From an uncultured delta proteobacterium (GTDB lineage Bacteria > Desulfobacterota > Binatia > UBA9968): a stretch of 64,000 nt of DNA. Positions 1 to 10,997 of the stretch are shown here, in pieces; the stretch's first letter is position 1, and each line of letters opens with the position of its first letter. Location of the stretch: positions 160,001 to 224,000 of the forward strand of contig CAWDPO010000006.1 of assembly GCA_963804165.1 (NCBI GenBank), read 5' to 3'. A model generated the notes under the pieces. It saw nothing but the letters and a program-made list of their open reading frames with translations, did no database searches and was not told where the DNA came from. The translations under genes were made by a program, and so were the position numbers.

Positions 1-101
1 TCGCCCCTACATCTTCTCCGTCGCTGATAGCGGCCAACTTCCGATTCCGAATCTTCGCAGTTTGCGTTCTTTCCGCTCTTTGCGGTTAAATCGTTTTTCC
101 T

Positions 102-1061
102 TCACTTAAGCGCTTGCTGTAGCAAAGTGAAATCCACCAGCTGAGTCGGCGCGACGTTTTTGATGCCGGCCTCGGCCAACATCGTCGTGACGAGCGAATT
201 CAGCATTGATTCTTCCACCATGCCGTTCTTCGTATAGTTGTTTTTCGCCATCTGATAGATATCCGCCGCCATCTCGCGATCGAGCTTGAGCCAACTCATC
301 ATCACCTGCTGCGTGCCCTCGGGGTTCTCTTGCATGTATCTCAATGCCTGCGTCATTGCCTTTAGCATTCGCCGAACCTGATCGGGCTGTTCTTTAAGTT
401 TTTTGGTATTGACCGCGAGACCGCCGGCCAAGAGGGCATGCAGATCGGCGGCATTGACGAGAAACTTCAGACCGGCTTTCTTCGCTCGAAAAGCTTCGCC
501 GTAGTCCATCATCGAGCTATCGATCGCCCCTGAAAGAATCCCGGCAATGCGCGTTCCCGTGTCGACGATGCGGTAAATTACGTCTTTGTCGGGATCCAGG
601 CCGTGATGCTTGAGAATGAACTTCGCGGAAATCTGCTGGGAACCGAGCAAGCCTGGCACGCCCAATGATTTGCCTTTCAACTCCGTCACCGACTTGATTT
701 CGGGACGAACCACCAAGCCCCAAAACGGCCGCATCGTGCCGAGGAGCACGATTTTCACCGGCAAGCCGCGCGCAGCCGAGACGAAGCTGGAGCCTGCTCT
801 GAGCGTATAGTCCACGTTGCCGCTCGCCAACGCGGCCCGGTCGACCTCCGACCGCGTCAGCAGAAACTTGATGTCGAGGTTCTGCTCGCGCATAAAACCG
901 CGCTGGCGAGCAACTTCTGCGGGCAGAAACGTGACGGTTGGCCCGGCGTAGGAGGCGAGGATCTCTTCTAAGGCCAAGGTTCGCGCCGGCCATATGAGCG
1001 AGACGGTCGCCAGTAGAAGAAATACGATCGTCGGAATGCCACTGATTTTAGTGAGCTTCAT
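102..1061 (-). CDS. ABC transporter substrate-binding protein, NMT1/THI5/SsuA-like
   Basis: Signal peptide, ELKGKSLGV motif, typical C-terminal VDFTLL; start set at ATG 1061 with GAGGA RBS rather than the ORF-track start 1130. Confidence 0.85.
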   Translation of the reverse strand: MKLTKISGIPTIVFLLLATVSLIWPARTLALEEILASYAGPTVTFLPAEVARQRGFMREQNLDIKFLLTRSEVDRAALASGNVDYTLRAGSSFVSAARGLPVKIVLLGTMRPFWGLVVRPEIKSVTELKGKSLGVPGLLGSQQISAKFILKHHGLDPDKDVIYRIVDTGTRIAGILSGAIDSSMMDYGEAFRAKKAGLKFLVNAADLHALLAGGLAVNTKKLKEQPDQVRRMLKAMTQALRYMQENPEGTQQVMMSWLKLDREMAADIYQMAKNNYTKNGMVEESMLNSLVTTMLAEAGIKNVAPTQLVDFTLLQQALK

Positions 1062-1140
1062 AATTAGTCCTCGCTGGAATGCGCGCCGTCGAATCAGATA
1101 ATTTGAATTCTGAAATTTGCCATTTGCCATGCGCGTAGCG

Positions 1141-2181
1141 CTAATCGCTCGCGCTCTCCTCGCGATAAAGATCGAGCGCTTTCAGCACCGGGGAGTCGCT
1201 CATGGAGAAAAGAATCGCGTCATCCGATGAAGAAACATTTACGTGCCGATGGTCATACCACAGCGGCACGACGAACGAGTCGCCCTGCTCCCACGCGAAG
1301 TGCTGCTCGCCGATGTGCGTCGCTCCTTTGCCGCGAAACACGTGATAGATCACCGTGCTCGTATGGCGATGCGTGTCCGTCTGATCACCGGGAGGCAATA
1401 GTTGCACAGCGCACTGAATCGTCGTCATCGTCGGCCCGCCGGTAAGCGGATTGCGATACTCTAGCAAATAGCCGTCGAAGCGATTTCGTGCGGTGGGCGA
1501 CTGAGTCAAAGCGCGCAAAGTCTTTTCCGTCTCGCGCCATTTGTAATGAAAAACATCCGTAATCGGAACGCCGTGGCGGGGCGATGCGCCAGGTTGATCC
1601 ATCACCTCTTCGCTGCTTTTCTCGATCGGCTGGCGCCGCTCGGGATAGCGCTCTTGCATGACCTGGTGCAGCGCTGTGACGAGCGGAAAATCCAAACCGT
1701 CGAGCCAAAGCATGGGCTCTTGAGAATCGTTGGAGTGGTCGTGCCAGGTGAGCTTGGGGGTAAGAATCAGATCGCCGGGCTGCATGATGCATTGCTGGCC
1801 ATTGACCGTCGTGTAAGCGCCGTTGCCTTGAATGACGAAACGCAGCGCCGCCGGCGTGTGGCGGTGCGCCCGCGCATTCTCGCCGGGCTTGACGTATTGA
1901 AATGAGATTTGCAGCGTGTGCGTCGCGAAGGCTTGCTGCTGATTGAGCCCTGGATTGACCAGGCGCACGACCCGTCGCTCGCTGTTTTCCAGGCTGATCA
2001 CCTCACCCGCGCGCACAAGGCTTTCATGCACGTCAGCCCACTTCCAGAGACAGGGCTCCACAGACGTCATCGGATAAGGCGGCAACCCTTCCATGCCGAG
2101 GCGCCAATAGCCCGAGAGATTTTTCTCCGCCATCTCGCGGTCCAAGAGTGCCACGCTATCGGTTCGAGCGATCTGAGCCAT
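1141..2181 (-). CDS. Bicupin dioxygenase, gentisate 1,2-dioxygenase family
   Basis: ERRVVRLVNPGL, AHRHTPAALRF, WHDH and WLDGLD motifs; second cupin HRHT. Confidence 0.88.
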   Translation of the reverse strand: MAQIARTDSVALLDREMAEKNLSGYWRLGMEGLPPYPMTSVEPCLWKWADVHESLVRAGEVISLENSERRVVRLVNPGLNQQQAFATHTLQISFQYVKPGENARAHRHTPAALRFVIQGNGAYTTVNGQQCIMQPGDLILTPKLTWHDHSNDSQEPMLWLDGLDFPLVTALHQVMQERYPERRQPIEKSSEEVMDQPGASPRHGVPITDVFHYKWRETEKTLRALTQSPTARNRFDGYLLEYRNPLTGGPTMTTIQCAVQLLPPGDQTDTHRHTSTVIYHVFRGKGATHIGEQHFAWEQGDSFVVPLWYDHRHVNVSSSDDAILFSMSDSPVLKALDLYREESASD

Positions 2182-2404
2182 AACCGATCACCTCCGCATC
2201 GATTCTCTTGCCCTGGATATCCCTTTGCCGCGACGACTGTCAACCGAGACTTCTCTCGTCGTGTCCGTTTTCTAAAGCGACGATACAGCAGAAGCCCGCC
2301 TCGGCTGACCACATCGGGGCGCCTCTACACATTCTTGCGAAACGGAGCCACTACCGAAGGCTTCTCGATTGACAGCTTGCGCAGCCGGCATTAAGACGAG
2401 GACG

Positions 2405-3383
2405 ATGATTGCACGATTCGTTACCATCTTGTTGATCGCGGCTTTGGCAGCGCCGGCGACGTGCACAGCGGCCCAGCTCACAGTCGAAACCATCCGCATT
2501 GGCATTCCCGGCAAGCTCGTCGATTTTTCGCCTTTCTTCGTCGGCGTGCACACCGGCATCTACCGCAGCGAAGGGCTGGAGCCGCAGTTCATCGTCATGC
2601 GCAGCGGGATCATATTTCCCGCGCTGCTCTCCGGCGAGTTGGATTACACGACGCTCTATCAGTCGGCGATGCGCTCGGCGATCAGCGGCTTGCCGGTGCG
2701 CGTCATCGCAACGCTCATTACCAAGCAGAGCTTTTTTCTTTTTTCACAGCGCGAGATTCGCCGCGTTCAAGAACTCAAGGGCAAACGCATCGCGATCTCC
2801 AATTTCGCGAGTTCCACGGAAGCCAGCGCACGGACGGCGCTGAAGCATCATGGCCTCGAACCGATGCGCGATGTCACGCTTATCGCCATGGGCGATACCG
2901 GACTGCGCTTTCAATCTCTCCTTTCGGGCGCCATCGAAGCGGCGATCCTGACGCCGCCTTACACCGTCATGGCGGAGCAGAAGGGATTGAACAATCTGGT
3001 TTGGCTCGGCGACATTGTAGGCGACGTCCCTTCGAACGGCCTGAGCACGACGCTGAGAAAGCTGAAGGAGAATCCCGATCAGGTCCAGCGCATGCTGCGC
3101 GCGTCGCTGCGCAGCATGATCTACACGCGCGCGCATAAGCAGGAAGCGTTGCCGATTCTAGCAAAAGAATTTCCCGGCATGGACCAGAACACGCTGGCGG
3201 GCACGTTGGATTTTTACATGAAGGCGATGAGCCCCGACGGACGCGTCAGCGACAATGTCGTGCGCGAAATGATCAATGAGCAACGCGCATTCCTGAACGT
3301 CAAGAATGAAGTGCCGATTACCCAGTGTTGCCGACTTCGGCCCGCTGCAACGCGTCGTTAAGGAACTAAATCCGAGTCAGTAA
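2405..3383 (+). CDS. NMT1/SsuA-like substrate-binding protein (probable frameshift near the 3' end)
   Basis: Signal peptide, ELKGKRIAIS; the alternative frame after about 3323 reads VADFGPLQRVVKELNPSQ*, matching paralog C-termini. Confidence 0.8.
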
Positions 3384-3431
3384 CGCAGCCGCGAATCAAG
3401 CCTGCTCAAAAAAACCTGATACGCGAAGTCT

Positions 3432-3752
3432 TTAGAAAACCCCGGCGTCAAGCAACGAGTACACGATCTCTTTTAGAGACGGATCGATGGTGTCGAGCCG
3501 GGTGACCGCCGGTCCTCCGGCCAGGGATTCGACGATCTCCGGCAAATCTTCCGGTTTGACGCCCGCGTACCAGTTCTTTTGCGGATGGACAACGATATTC
3601 GGCCCAAAATCGCATCCGCCGAAGCAAATATACGGTTTCACCTCGGCGTCGAGAGACTTTGCCTCTACCTGTTTGGTCAGGTCGTTCATGAGTTGCTCGG
3701 AGCCACGACTTTGACAGTCGACGTTTTGACATACGAAGCAAGTTTGTTTCAT
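3432..3752 (-). CDS. Thioredoxin-like (2Fe-2S) ferredoxin
   Basis: VCQNVDC...ICFGGCDFGPNIVVHP...WYAGVKPED pattern. Confidence 0.85.
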   Translation of the reverse strand: MKQTCFVCQNVDCQSRGSEQLMNDLTKQVEAKSLDAEVKPYICFGGCDFGPNIVVHPQKNWYAGVKPEDLPEIVESLAGGPAVTRLDTIDPSLKEIVYSLLDAGVF

Positions 3753-3834
3753 CAATAAACCCCGTGTCTCTATCTCTTATTTGATTAGCGCAAATGGAAG
3801 CGCAAATGCAATATCCCGCCGCTTGGAAGCTATT

Positions 3835-5019
3835 TTACTTCTGCGGGAGGACTTCTTTGACGAGCTTGAAGATCGGCGTTAGATCCTGGTACTCGGGCTT
3901 GGCGAGGTCGAAGTATTTTTTTTTTTCATCGAGGCGGTTGAAGGCATCGACGTCGTCCTTGGGAATATCGATGCGGCGCGAGTTGTGCGCGTCGGGCCGC
4001 CCGAGCTTTTGCAGCGCCGTTTGTCCCTCGCGCGAGAGAAACCAGTTGATAAACACCTTCGCCGCGTTGGGATGCGGCGCGCGGGTGGGAATCCCGAGCG
4101 TGCCGCCGGCGGCGCTGGAGCTCCCGCCTTCCTTCCAGTCTTCGGTATCGAGATAGCCGATCGGCAATTTCTGTTGCACCGCTTTACCGACTTCGCTGCC
4201 GGCGTTGCAGCGAATGCAGAGAGAATATTTCCCGGCGGCAAGCCAGTCGGTCATCTGGCGCGCATCGCGGCTGATCGCTACTTGCATCTCGCCGTAAAGC
4301 TTTTTAAGGAACGCCGGGCCGAGCTCTGGATTGAAAAAGAAAAACTGCAGCGTCGCGCCCATGCCGAAGGTTGTCGGATCGAGCGAAGCCATTTTTCCTT
4401 TCCACTTCGGCTGAACAAGATCCCAATACGACTTGAACTCCGCGGGATTCACCTGCTTGACGTTGTAGATGATTTGTCCCGACTGGGAATTCGCGACGAA
4501 AGCAAAAATATAACGTTTCTCCGGGTCGATGTAGCGGTGCTCGCCCTCGTACCATTTGGACTGATCCACTACTTCCGGAATCATGAGGTGGGGCTTGATC
4601 GGTTCGAGAATCTGGCCTTTGTAGAGCGCATCGTGCAGCGTGTTCGCGCCGGAGCTGATGACGTCCGGAAGAAACTTGTCGCCGCGACGTTCAGCGAGGA
4701 TCCGCGTCGCCAGTTGATTGCCAGAACCTAGAACCGTGGCGGCTTTAATCTTCGGATACTTTTTTTTGAATCCTTCGATGACGCGATCGAAATCGTAACA
4801 GCAACCGTATAGCGTCACCTGCCCCTCGGACTCCGCCGCACGCAAAGTCTTATCCCACTCCGCTTGCCAATGGGCCTGTCCGAGCGCGTTGGAAGGCAGC
4901 GTTGTCAGCCACGCCGCCACCACGAAAATACCGGCGCAAATGCGGGGTAAACTCACCAAATACCGGTAGATTATTGCACACATCGATATCAAATTACGCA
5001 CTGCGTTCGTCGCTGTCAA
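3835..5019 (-). CDS. Extracellular solute-binding protein (Fe3+/polyamine-type SBP); start uncertain
   Basis: AAESEGQVTLY, SYWDLVQPKWKGK and APHPNAAKVFINW motifs. Confidence 0.82.
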   Translation of the reverse strand: MTATNAVRNLISMCAIIYRYLVSLPRICAGIFVVAAWLTTLPSNALGQAHWQAEWDKTLRAAESEGQVTLYGCCYDFDRVIEGFKKKYPKIKAATVLGSGNQLATRILAERRGDKFLPDVISSGANTLHDALYKGQILEPIKPHLMIPEVVDQSKWYEGEHRYIDPEKRYIFAFVANSQSGQIIYNVKQVNPAEFKSYWDLVQPKWKGKMASLDPTTFGMGATLQFFFFNPELGPAFLKKLYGEMQVAISRDARQMTDWLAAGKYSLCIRCNAGSEVGKAVQQKLPIGYLDTEDWKEGGSSSAAGGTLGIPTRAPHPNAAKVFINWFLSREGQTALQKLGRPDAHNSRRIDIPKDDVDAFNRLDEKKKYFDLAKPEYQDLTPIFKLVKEVLPQK

Positions 5020-5171
5020 ATAAATCGCGGATACCCTTGACTAGCACGCGGTCAATGAAATACCGTTGCGGCGGCTCGGCGGAAATTGACGAATCGACCG
5101 CGCATCGTAAATCGAATGCGGTCAAGAACACTATCGTCGGTTGCAGATTCATAACCCTGAAGGAGGGAAAA

Positions 5172-6185
5172 ATGAAGCATACTCGGACGCAGACAGTGCT
5201 CGCGTTTTTCGCGTGGTTGATATTCTCGGCCGGTTCCGCATGGGGGCAGGCTAACTTTTACGAAGGCAAGACCCTCACGGTGATGATCGGCGCCAAAAGC
5301 GGCAGCCTAGAAATCGCCTCGCAGGTCGTCGCGCATCACTTGGGCAAATACATCCCCGGCAAACCCACTGTGATCGTGCAGCATGTGCCCGGCGCGGCGC
5401 ATCTGCTCGCTACGAATAACGTCTTCAACATTGCCAAGCCCGACGGCCTGACGATTCTCGCGGCAAATCCCAACGTTGCCATCGCGCAACTCTCGAAGGT
5501 CGAGCAGGTTCGCTTCGACGTCCGCAAATTTCAATGGCTCGGCTCGTCGGGCGCCGACGGCGTGATGTTTTCCATCCGATCGGATTTGCCCTACAAAACC
5601 ATCGAGGAATTGAAAAAAGCCGACAAAGAGCTGGTTGCCGGCACGACCGGGCCGGGCTCCAACGCCCACGACTTTCCGCTGCTGCTCAAAGAATTCGCCG
5701 GCCTCAAATTGAAGCTAGTCTCCGGCTATCCCGCCAACAGCGATGTTCTATTGGCGATCGAACGCAAGGAAGTGGACGCATGGTCGGCGCTCGGGACGAC
5801 GATCAAGCTTGCCGCCGACCGTGGCGCGGTGCGACCGCTGGTGCGCGGGCGCACGCCGGTGCCCGGATTTGAGAATCTCCCGACCGATGAGGATCTAGCA
5901 ACCGGCGCGCTCGGCAAATCGCTGATGTCGATCAAGGCGCTGCCGCTCGCGATTGGACGCGCTTTCGCGGCCGCGCCGGGCACGCCGGCCGATCGCGTGG
6001 CGATATTGCGCGAGGCGTTTGCCAAAGCGCTCAAAGATCCGGAACTCTTGGCGGAAGCAAAGAAGGCCAAGATCGATATGAACCTTATTTCTCACGAACA
6101 GGTGCAAAAAGACTTCAACGCACTGCTCAACCAAACACCCGAGACGTTGAAGGAAATGGGCAAATACATCAAGGCGGAAAGCTGA
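5172..6185 (+). CDS. Tripartite tricarboxylate transporter substrate-binding protein (TctC/Bug)
   Basis: FYEGKT, HLGKYIPGKPTVIVQHVPGA, AKPDGLT, GTPADRV motifs; AGGAGG RBS. Confidence 0.88.
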   Translation: MKHTRTQTVLAFFAWLIFSAGSAWGQANFYEGKTLTVMIGAKSGSLEIASQVVAHHLGKYIPGKPTVIVQHVPGAAHLLATNNVFNIAKPDGLTILAANPNVAIAQLSKVEQVRFDVRKFQWLGSSGADGVMFSIRSDLPYKTIEELKKADKELVAGTTGPGSNAHDFPLLLKEFAGLKLKLVSGYPANSDVLLAIERKEVDAWSALGTTIKLAADRGAVRPLVRGRTPVPGFENLPTDEDLATGALGKSLMSIKALPLAIGRAFAAAPGTPADRVAILREAFAKALKDPELLAEAKKAKIDMNLISHEQVQKDFNALLNQTPETLKEMGKYIKAES

Positions 6186-6309
6186 TCTAGTCCCCAAGCC
6201 CGGCGATTTGAACGGCTTGAACGGTTTGAACCTGTTGAACGAGACGCGGCGGCTTAGCTGTGCAGTTCATCGAGCTCAAATCGTTCGAGCCCACGCCGAA
6301 AGTTTCGAT

Positions 6310-6627
6310 TTATTTTTTGATAAACCGCTGCACCGGCATGTTGCCCTGCTCGAAGCGCGGGTCGTAAGCCATGCCCTCGCGAATCCGCGTCAAGTAGTTA
6401 TCCCGATTCACTCCAAAAAGCTCGTAGCGATAAAGATGGTTCAGCAGAAAGGTGTGCACCCCCATCTGGTAGAGCTTGCCCACCGAGCCAGAAGTGAGTG
6501 CGTCGCGCTCTTCCTGGGTTAGGCCAAACTCGTCGATCACCTTTTCCGGCTCTTCCATCATCCTTTTGCGAAAGGCCAGATCGTTATCGGTAAGATAGAG
6601 CAATTTGTTGACTTGATAAACGCTCAT
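6310..6627 (-). CDS. LigA-like small subunit of an extradiol dioxygenase
   Basis: YQVNKL...FGLTQEERDAL...LYQMGVH pattern; directly downstream of the LigB-like gene. Confidence 0.75.
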   Translation of the reverse strand: MSVYQVNKLLYLTDNDLAFRKRMMEEPEKVIDEFGLTQEERDALTSGSVGKLYQMGVHTFLLNHLYRYELFGVNRDNYLTRIREGMAYDPRFEQGNMPVQRFIKK

Positions 6628-6632
6628 AACTT

Positions 6633-7436
6633 CTACTCGAACTTCCACACGGCATAACCGTTGCCGTCGTCGCCTTCCAAAAACAGCGGCTTGGTCTTGC
6701 CCACGGCGCCGGCCACCGTGATCCAGTTGAGCAGCTCGCCGCTGTTGTTACCCGCCGCGTTGATGCGCTCTTCCGTGGCGCGTCGCGCGAGCGTTTGATA
6801 CTGGCCGCGCACGAGCAGCTTAGAAATCGTCTCCGCCCATTCGGTATCGACCCAACCGCGCAGCGGACCACCGACGTCCATGGCGAAGCAGCCGCTGGCG
6901 ATAAGCGCGATGCGCTCTTTACCTTCCCACACATCGATAAAGCGGCGCACCATTCGCCCAAGCGCTACGCATCGAGTCGCCAGCGGCAATGGCGAAGCGA
7001 AACCGTTGGTGTAAATCGGCACGACCGGAAGCCTCATCTCAGGGTTGAGAAAGTGGAGCGGCACCGTCAATGAATGATCGAGACGGAGCTCGTGCGCCGC
7101 GGCGAGATCGAACTTGTCATGCACACCGTATTGGAAAAGCGCCTTGGCAAACGGCACATGGCCGCGCACGGTATAACGCGGCATCGGGCACCAATCTTCC
7201 TGCGGACCCTGCGCCTGCTCCGCCATGCCAATGCAGAACGACGGCAGGTTGTTGTAGAAAAAATTCACGAAATGATCGCTGTCCACCTCGATGATGAGAT
7301 CGGGCTCGGCTTTTTCCACTTGCTCGCGCACCTGCCTCATCAGCGCTTCGCCCTTCATCTTGCCGGGAGACTGCTGCATCTCAAAAACGAGACGGGGCGG
7401 ATGCGGCACGCCGGCGGCGAGTACGAGTTTGGCCAT
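6633..7436 (-). CDS. LigB-family (class III) extradiol ring-cleavage dioxygenase
   Basis: GVPHPP, DSDHFVNFF, LDHSLTVP and GELLNWI motifs. Confidence 0.85.
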   Translation of the reverse strand: MAKLVLAAGVPHPPRLVFEMQQSPGKMKGEALMRQVREQVEKAEPDLIIEVDSDHFVNFFYNNLPSFCIGMAEQAQGPQEDWCPMPRYTVRGHVPFAKALFQYGVHDKFDLAAAHELRLDHSLTVPLHFLNPEMRLPVVPIYTNGFASPLPLATRCVALGRMVRRFIDVWEGKERIALIASGCFAMDVGGPLRGWVDTEWAETISKLLVRGQYQTLARRATEERINAAGNNSGELLNWITVAGAVGKTKPLFLEGDDGNGYAVWKFE

Positions 7437-7527
7437 ATTGCTTCCTCCCTTCGTTAAATCGCGGGCAAAGTTTCCGCCGTTTCTTAACACCGCACCGACA
7501 ATGCGTCAATGAGACTCTGGAGTTTTC

Positions 7528-7630
7528 GTTCAAGTTCAAGGTTCAAGGTTCAATGTTCAAAGGCGGAAAAACAGTCTGAGCGTTGACAATCGGAGCGTTG
7601 GGGGGCCTTTGAACCTTGAACTTTGAACCG
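7528..7630. repeat. Inverted arrays of heptamer repeats (GTTCAAG / CTTGAAC)
   Basis: gttcaagttcaaggttcaaggttcaatgttcaa followed by ctttgaaccttgaactttgaac; similar element at about 34558-34634. Confidence 0.75.
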
Positions 7631-7750
7631 GCAACTCGTGTTGCCGAACGGCTTGAATGGTTTTCAAGCTTGAACTATATTCGCGCCGGTCTCCATGGGA
7701 ATTTGTATCGTCGTTTCAAGCACACCCCTTCGCAAGGAAAACGATAAACG

Positions 7751-9256
7751 ATGCTCGACGCCTTCATCGATGGTCTATTCCTAGTTCTCCAGTGGAAAGC
7801 TTTCAGCTTGATGCTGGTCGGCATGGGCCTCGGTTTCTGCGTCGGCCTGCTTCCAGGCATCGGTGGCGCGGCGACGCTCGCGCTCATGATTCCCTTCGTC
7901 TTCAAGATGGCTCCCGCCGAAGCTTTCGCCTTTTTGCTGGGAATGCATTCAGTCGCCGCGACCACGGGCGATATTACCTCGATACTTTTCGGCGTGCCTG
8001 GCGAGGGACTTTCCGCGGCTACCGTCGTCGACGGTTATCCGATGGCAAAAAACGGCGAAGCAGGCCGCGCGCTCGGCGCCGCGCTGATGAGCTCCCTCGT
8101 CGGCGCATTGATCGGCGCCGTGGCCCTCGCGCTGGCAATTCCCATCGTCCGCCCGCTGGTGCTCACCTTCGGCTCGCCGGAGCTGTTCTTACTTTCGATG
8201 ATCGGCATCGCCTGCATCACCTCGCTCAGCGGCTTGAGCGTGCGCGGTCAGATCCGCGGCTTCGCCATGGGACTACTCGGTCTCTTGCTTTCGACCATCG
8301 GCCAAGAGCGCCAGTCGGGCTCGCTCCGATTCGACATGGGTCTACTGTATCTCTGGGAAGGACTCGATCTGGTACCGGTCCTGGTGGGCATTTTCGCCAT
8401 TCCTGAGCTCGTCGATTTGGCCGTGCGCGGCACTTCCATCGCCGGCGACCGCCCCGCGGAAAATTTGAGCCGCGGCGTGATGGAAGGCATCAAAGATACT
8501 TTCCGTCACTTCTGGCTGGTTGTGCGCTGCTCCGCGGTCGGTGTGTTCGTCGGCATCATGCCCGGCGCCGGCGGCGGCGTCGCTCAATGGATGGCCTACG
8601 CTCACGCCGTGCAAAGCGCCAAGGACTCAAAAGATCGCGAGCGCTTCGGCAAGGGCGACGTGCGCGGCGTGCTCGGACCGGGCGCGGCGAACAATTCCAA
8701 AGAAGGCGGCGACTTGGTTCCGACGATCGCTTTCGGCGTGCCGGGCAGCGGCGCCATGGCAATTCTTCTCGGCGGGTTCATGATCATGGGATTGGTGCCC
8801 GGCCCCGATATGCTGAGCAAACATCTGGCCGTGACCTATTCGATGGTTTGGACACTGGTGATTGCCAACATCATTACCGTCGTGCTGTCGCTTGCGGTGC
8901 TCAACCAACTGGCGAAAGTAACTTACATCAGAGGCGGCCTGATCATACCCTTCGTCCTATTACTCGTGTTCGTCGGAAGTTACACCGCCAACGGTCATAT
9001 CGCCGACCTGATCGTAACTTTCTCTTTCGGCGTGCTCGGCTACCTGATGGTGCTGTGGGGTTGGCCGCGGCCGCCGCTCGTATTGGGCTTGGTGCTGGGC
9101 AAGCTGGTGGAAACCTACCTGTTCATTTCGGTCGCGCGTTACGGCTTTGCCTGGCTGGCACATCCTATCGTCGTTGTTCTGATCCTGCTGATGGTGTTCG
9201 TCATCGTGTATCCCTTCGTGCGTGAAAAGCCGGCTTGGGCCGGCAGTGGCGACTGA
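7751..9256 (+). CDS. tctA: Tripartite tricarboxylate transporter large permease
   Basis: GLLPGIG, GVPG...DGYPMAKNGEAGRAL and AANNSKEGG...PTIAFGVPGS motifs. Confidence 0.92.
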   Translation: MLDAFIDGLFLVLQWKAFSLMLVGMGLGFCVGLLPGIGGAATLALMIPFVFKMAPAEAFAFLLGMHSVAATTGDITSILFGVPGEGLSAATVVDGYPMAKNGEAGRALGAALMSSLVGALIGAVALALAIPIVRPLVLTFGSPELFLLSMIGIACITSLSGLSVRGQIRGFAMGLLGLLLSTIGQERQSGSLRFDMGLLYLWEGLDLVPVLVGIFAIPELVDLAVRGTSIAGDRPAENLSRGVMEGIKDTFRHFWLVVRCSAVGVFVGIMPGAGGGVAQWMAYAHAVQSAKDSKDRERFGKGDVRGVLGPGAANNSKEGGDLVPTIAFGVPGSGAMAILLGGFMIMGLVPGPDMLSKHLAVTYSMVWTLVIANIITVVLSLAVLNQLAKVTYIRGGLIIPFVLLLVFVGSYTANGHIADLIVTFSFGVLGYLMVLWGWPRPPLVLGLVLGKLVETYLFISVARYGFAWLAHPIVVVLILLMVFVIVYPFVREKPAWAGSGD

Positions 9257-9734
9257 TGAAGAGCAAAGGTCATCTCTATTTCAGCGCGTTTCTGATCCTG
9301 GTCTCGGGCTACGCGATCTTGGCTGCCTCCCGCTGGTCGTTCAAAACCGGCTTTTTCCCCTAGCCATTGCCATCCCTCTCTTACTTCTCGTGCTCCTCCA
9401 TCTTTATCTCGAATTCTTCCGCGCCCCCGAGGTCACCAAGGGGCCCGCCGTAGACGCAGATTTCTCCGGCGATGTCGACGAAAACGTCGCGCGGCGCCGG
9501 ATCATCACCATCTTTTCTTGGATCGCCGGTTTCATACTCGCAGTCTATCTGATCGGCTTCCCGTCGACGGTCCCGCTCTTCATGTTTTTCTATCTAAAGG
9601 TTCAGAGCGAGGCGAGCTGGTTTCAATCCCTAGCGCTTACGGCGATCACCTGGGTGTTGTTCCATCTGCTGTTTCAAAAATTGGTACATATCCAGTTCGA
9701 AGGCGGCGCGATCCAGACTTGGCTCGGCATGTGA
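9256..9734 (+). CDS. tctB: Tripartite tricarboxylate transporter small permease (frameshift near 9355)
   Basis: ATG overlaps the tctA stop; four hydrophobic segments when the two frames are joined. Confidence 0.75.
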
Positions 9735-9867
9735 TCTCGCTGCTCGATGAGCAAAGCCGCTTGACATGCGCAGTGGCCGAGGTCGCCGCTTGCTCGCAGA
9801 AGGGTCTGCGGATGTGCTATCACTCGATCTAGCTCTCGTTGACAGTAAATTTTTGGGAGGAAAACGG

Positions 9868-10911
9868 ATGCGGTTTGGAACTTTTAGTTACAACCAAGCC
9901 CGGCCCTGGGTGTCGGAAAAGCAAGCCTTCGAGGAACTGCTCGAACAGATTCTACTCACGGAGCGCCTCGGGTTCGACGAGGCTTGGTTCGCCGAGCACC
10001 ATCACTCCGACTACGGCATGCTGGCGTCGCCTAATTTGATCATCGCCGCGCTCGCGCCGCGTACTAAACGTCTTCGCATGGGAAACTTAGTCAGCGTTCT
10101 GCCGCTTTACGATCCCATGCGTCTCGCTGAGGAGTGCGGCATGTTGGACATCTTGACGGGCGGGCGGCTCAATGTCGGATTGGGCCGCGGCGTACCCAAA
10201 GATGATATGAAGCACAGGCTCGACCGGGAAACGGCCCAGGCGCGCTTCGAGGAGGGCATCGAGATCCTCATGCGTGCCTGGACGGGAGAGACCTTCAGTT
10301 ACTCCGGCAAGGCCTGGGGCTATGAAGATATCTCGTGCCGGCCACAGCCGCTGCAGAAGCCCCATCCGCCGATCTACTACGGCGCCACTTCGCCGGACAG
10401 CCCGGCGATGGTCGCGCGCCGGGGTTGGAATCTCGCTCTCTCACGGCAACCGCTCGCAAATTGCGCGCGGGCGATCAGGGCCTATCGCGAAGAGCGCGCC
10501 AAACATACTGACTTGCCGGGTACCGGCAATGCGATCATGGTGCGCGATATCTACGTCGCCGATACCGATGAACAGGCATCGAGAGAGGCCATCCCGCAAA
10601 TCACCCGCTTCTGGCAACTGGCCACCGACAACGTCTGGCGCGGCGACTCGGTTTCCAGCGACGCCTTGCCGAAGTTCACCGAGCGCTTCCCGTATTTTCC
10701 CGGCGGTCTTAACGTCGAGCGTCTCGACGAATGGGGCACGTCACTCATCGGCAGTCCTGACACCGTCATCAAGAAAGCTCGCGTCATGATCGAGACGGCA
10801 CGACCTGACACTTTAGTCGGAATGTTCAGCTTCGGCGGATTGCATCATGAGCAGGTGATGCATTCCATCGACCTGTTCGCCACAAAAGTGGTGCCGGCGC
10901 TGGGCGCGTGA
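9868..10911 (+). CDS. Luciferase-like (LLM) flavin-dependent monooxygenase
   Basis: GFDEAWFAEHH, DPMRLAEE, GRLNVGLGRG and PQPLQKPHPP motifs. Confidence 0.9.
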   Translation: MRFGTFSYNQARPWVSEKQAFEELLEQILLTERLGFDEAWFAEHHHSDYGMLASPNLIIAALAPRTKRLRMGNLVSVLPLYDPMRLAEECGMLDILTGGRLNVGLGRGVPKDDMKHRLDRETAQARFEEGIEILMRAWTGETFSYSGKAWGYEDISCRPQPLQKPHPPIYYGATSPDSPAMVARRGWNLALSRQPLANCARAIRAYREERAKHTDLPGTGNAIMVRDIYVADTDEQASREAIPQITRFWQLATDNVWRGDSVSSDALPKFTERFPYFPGGLNVERLDEWGTSLIGSPDTVIKKARVMIETARPDTLVGMFSFGGLHHEQVMHSIDLFATKVVPALGA

Positions 10912-10997
10912 GGGAATTGGAGAGCGGGTTTTACGACTCGCCGAGCGGCGGACAATGTTCTGCCCTCCTAAGTGAAAAATTATTACGAGAAGCGCCG

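Noticed and set aside
3671-3690. Possible self-target of array unit 1 (GTTTGGTCAGGTCGTTCATG)
   Set aside because: Mismatches in the spacer A half and a 2-nt gap; not significant at this length.
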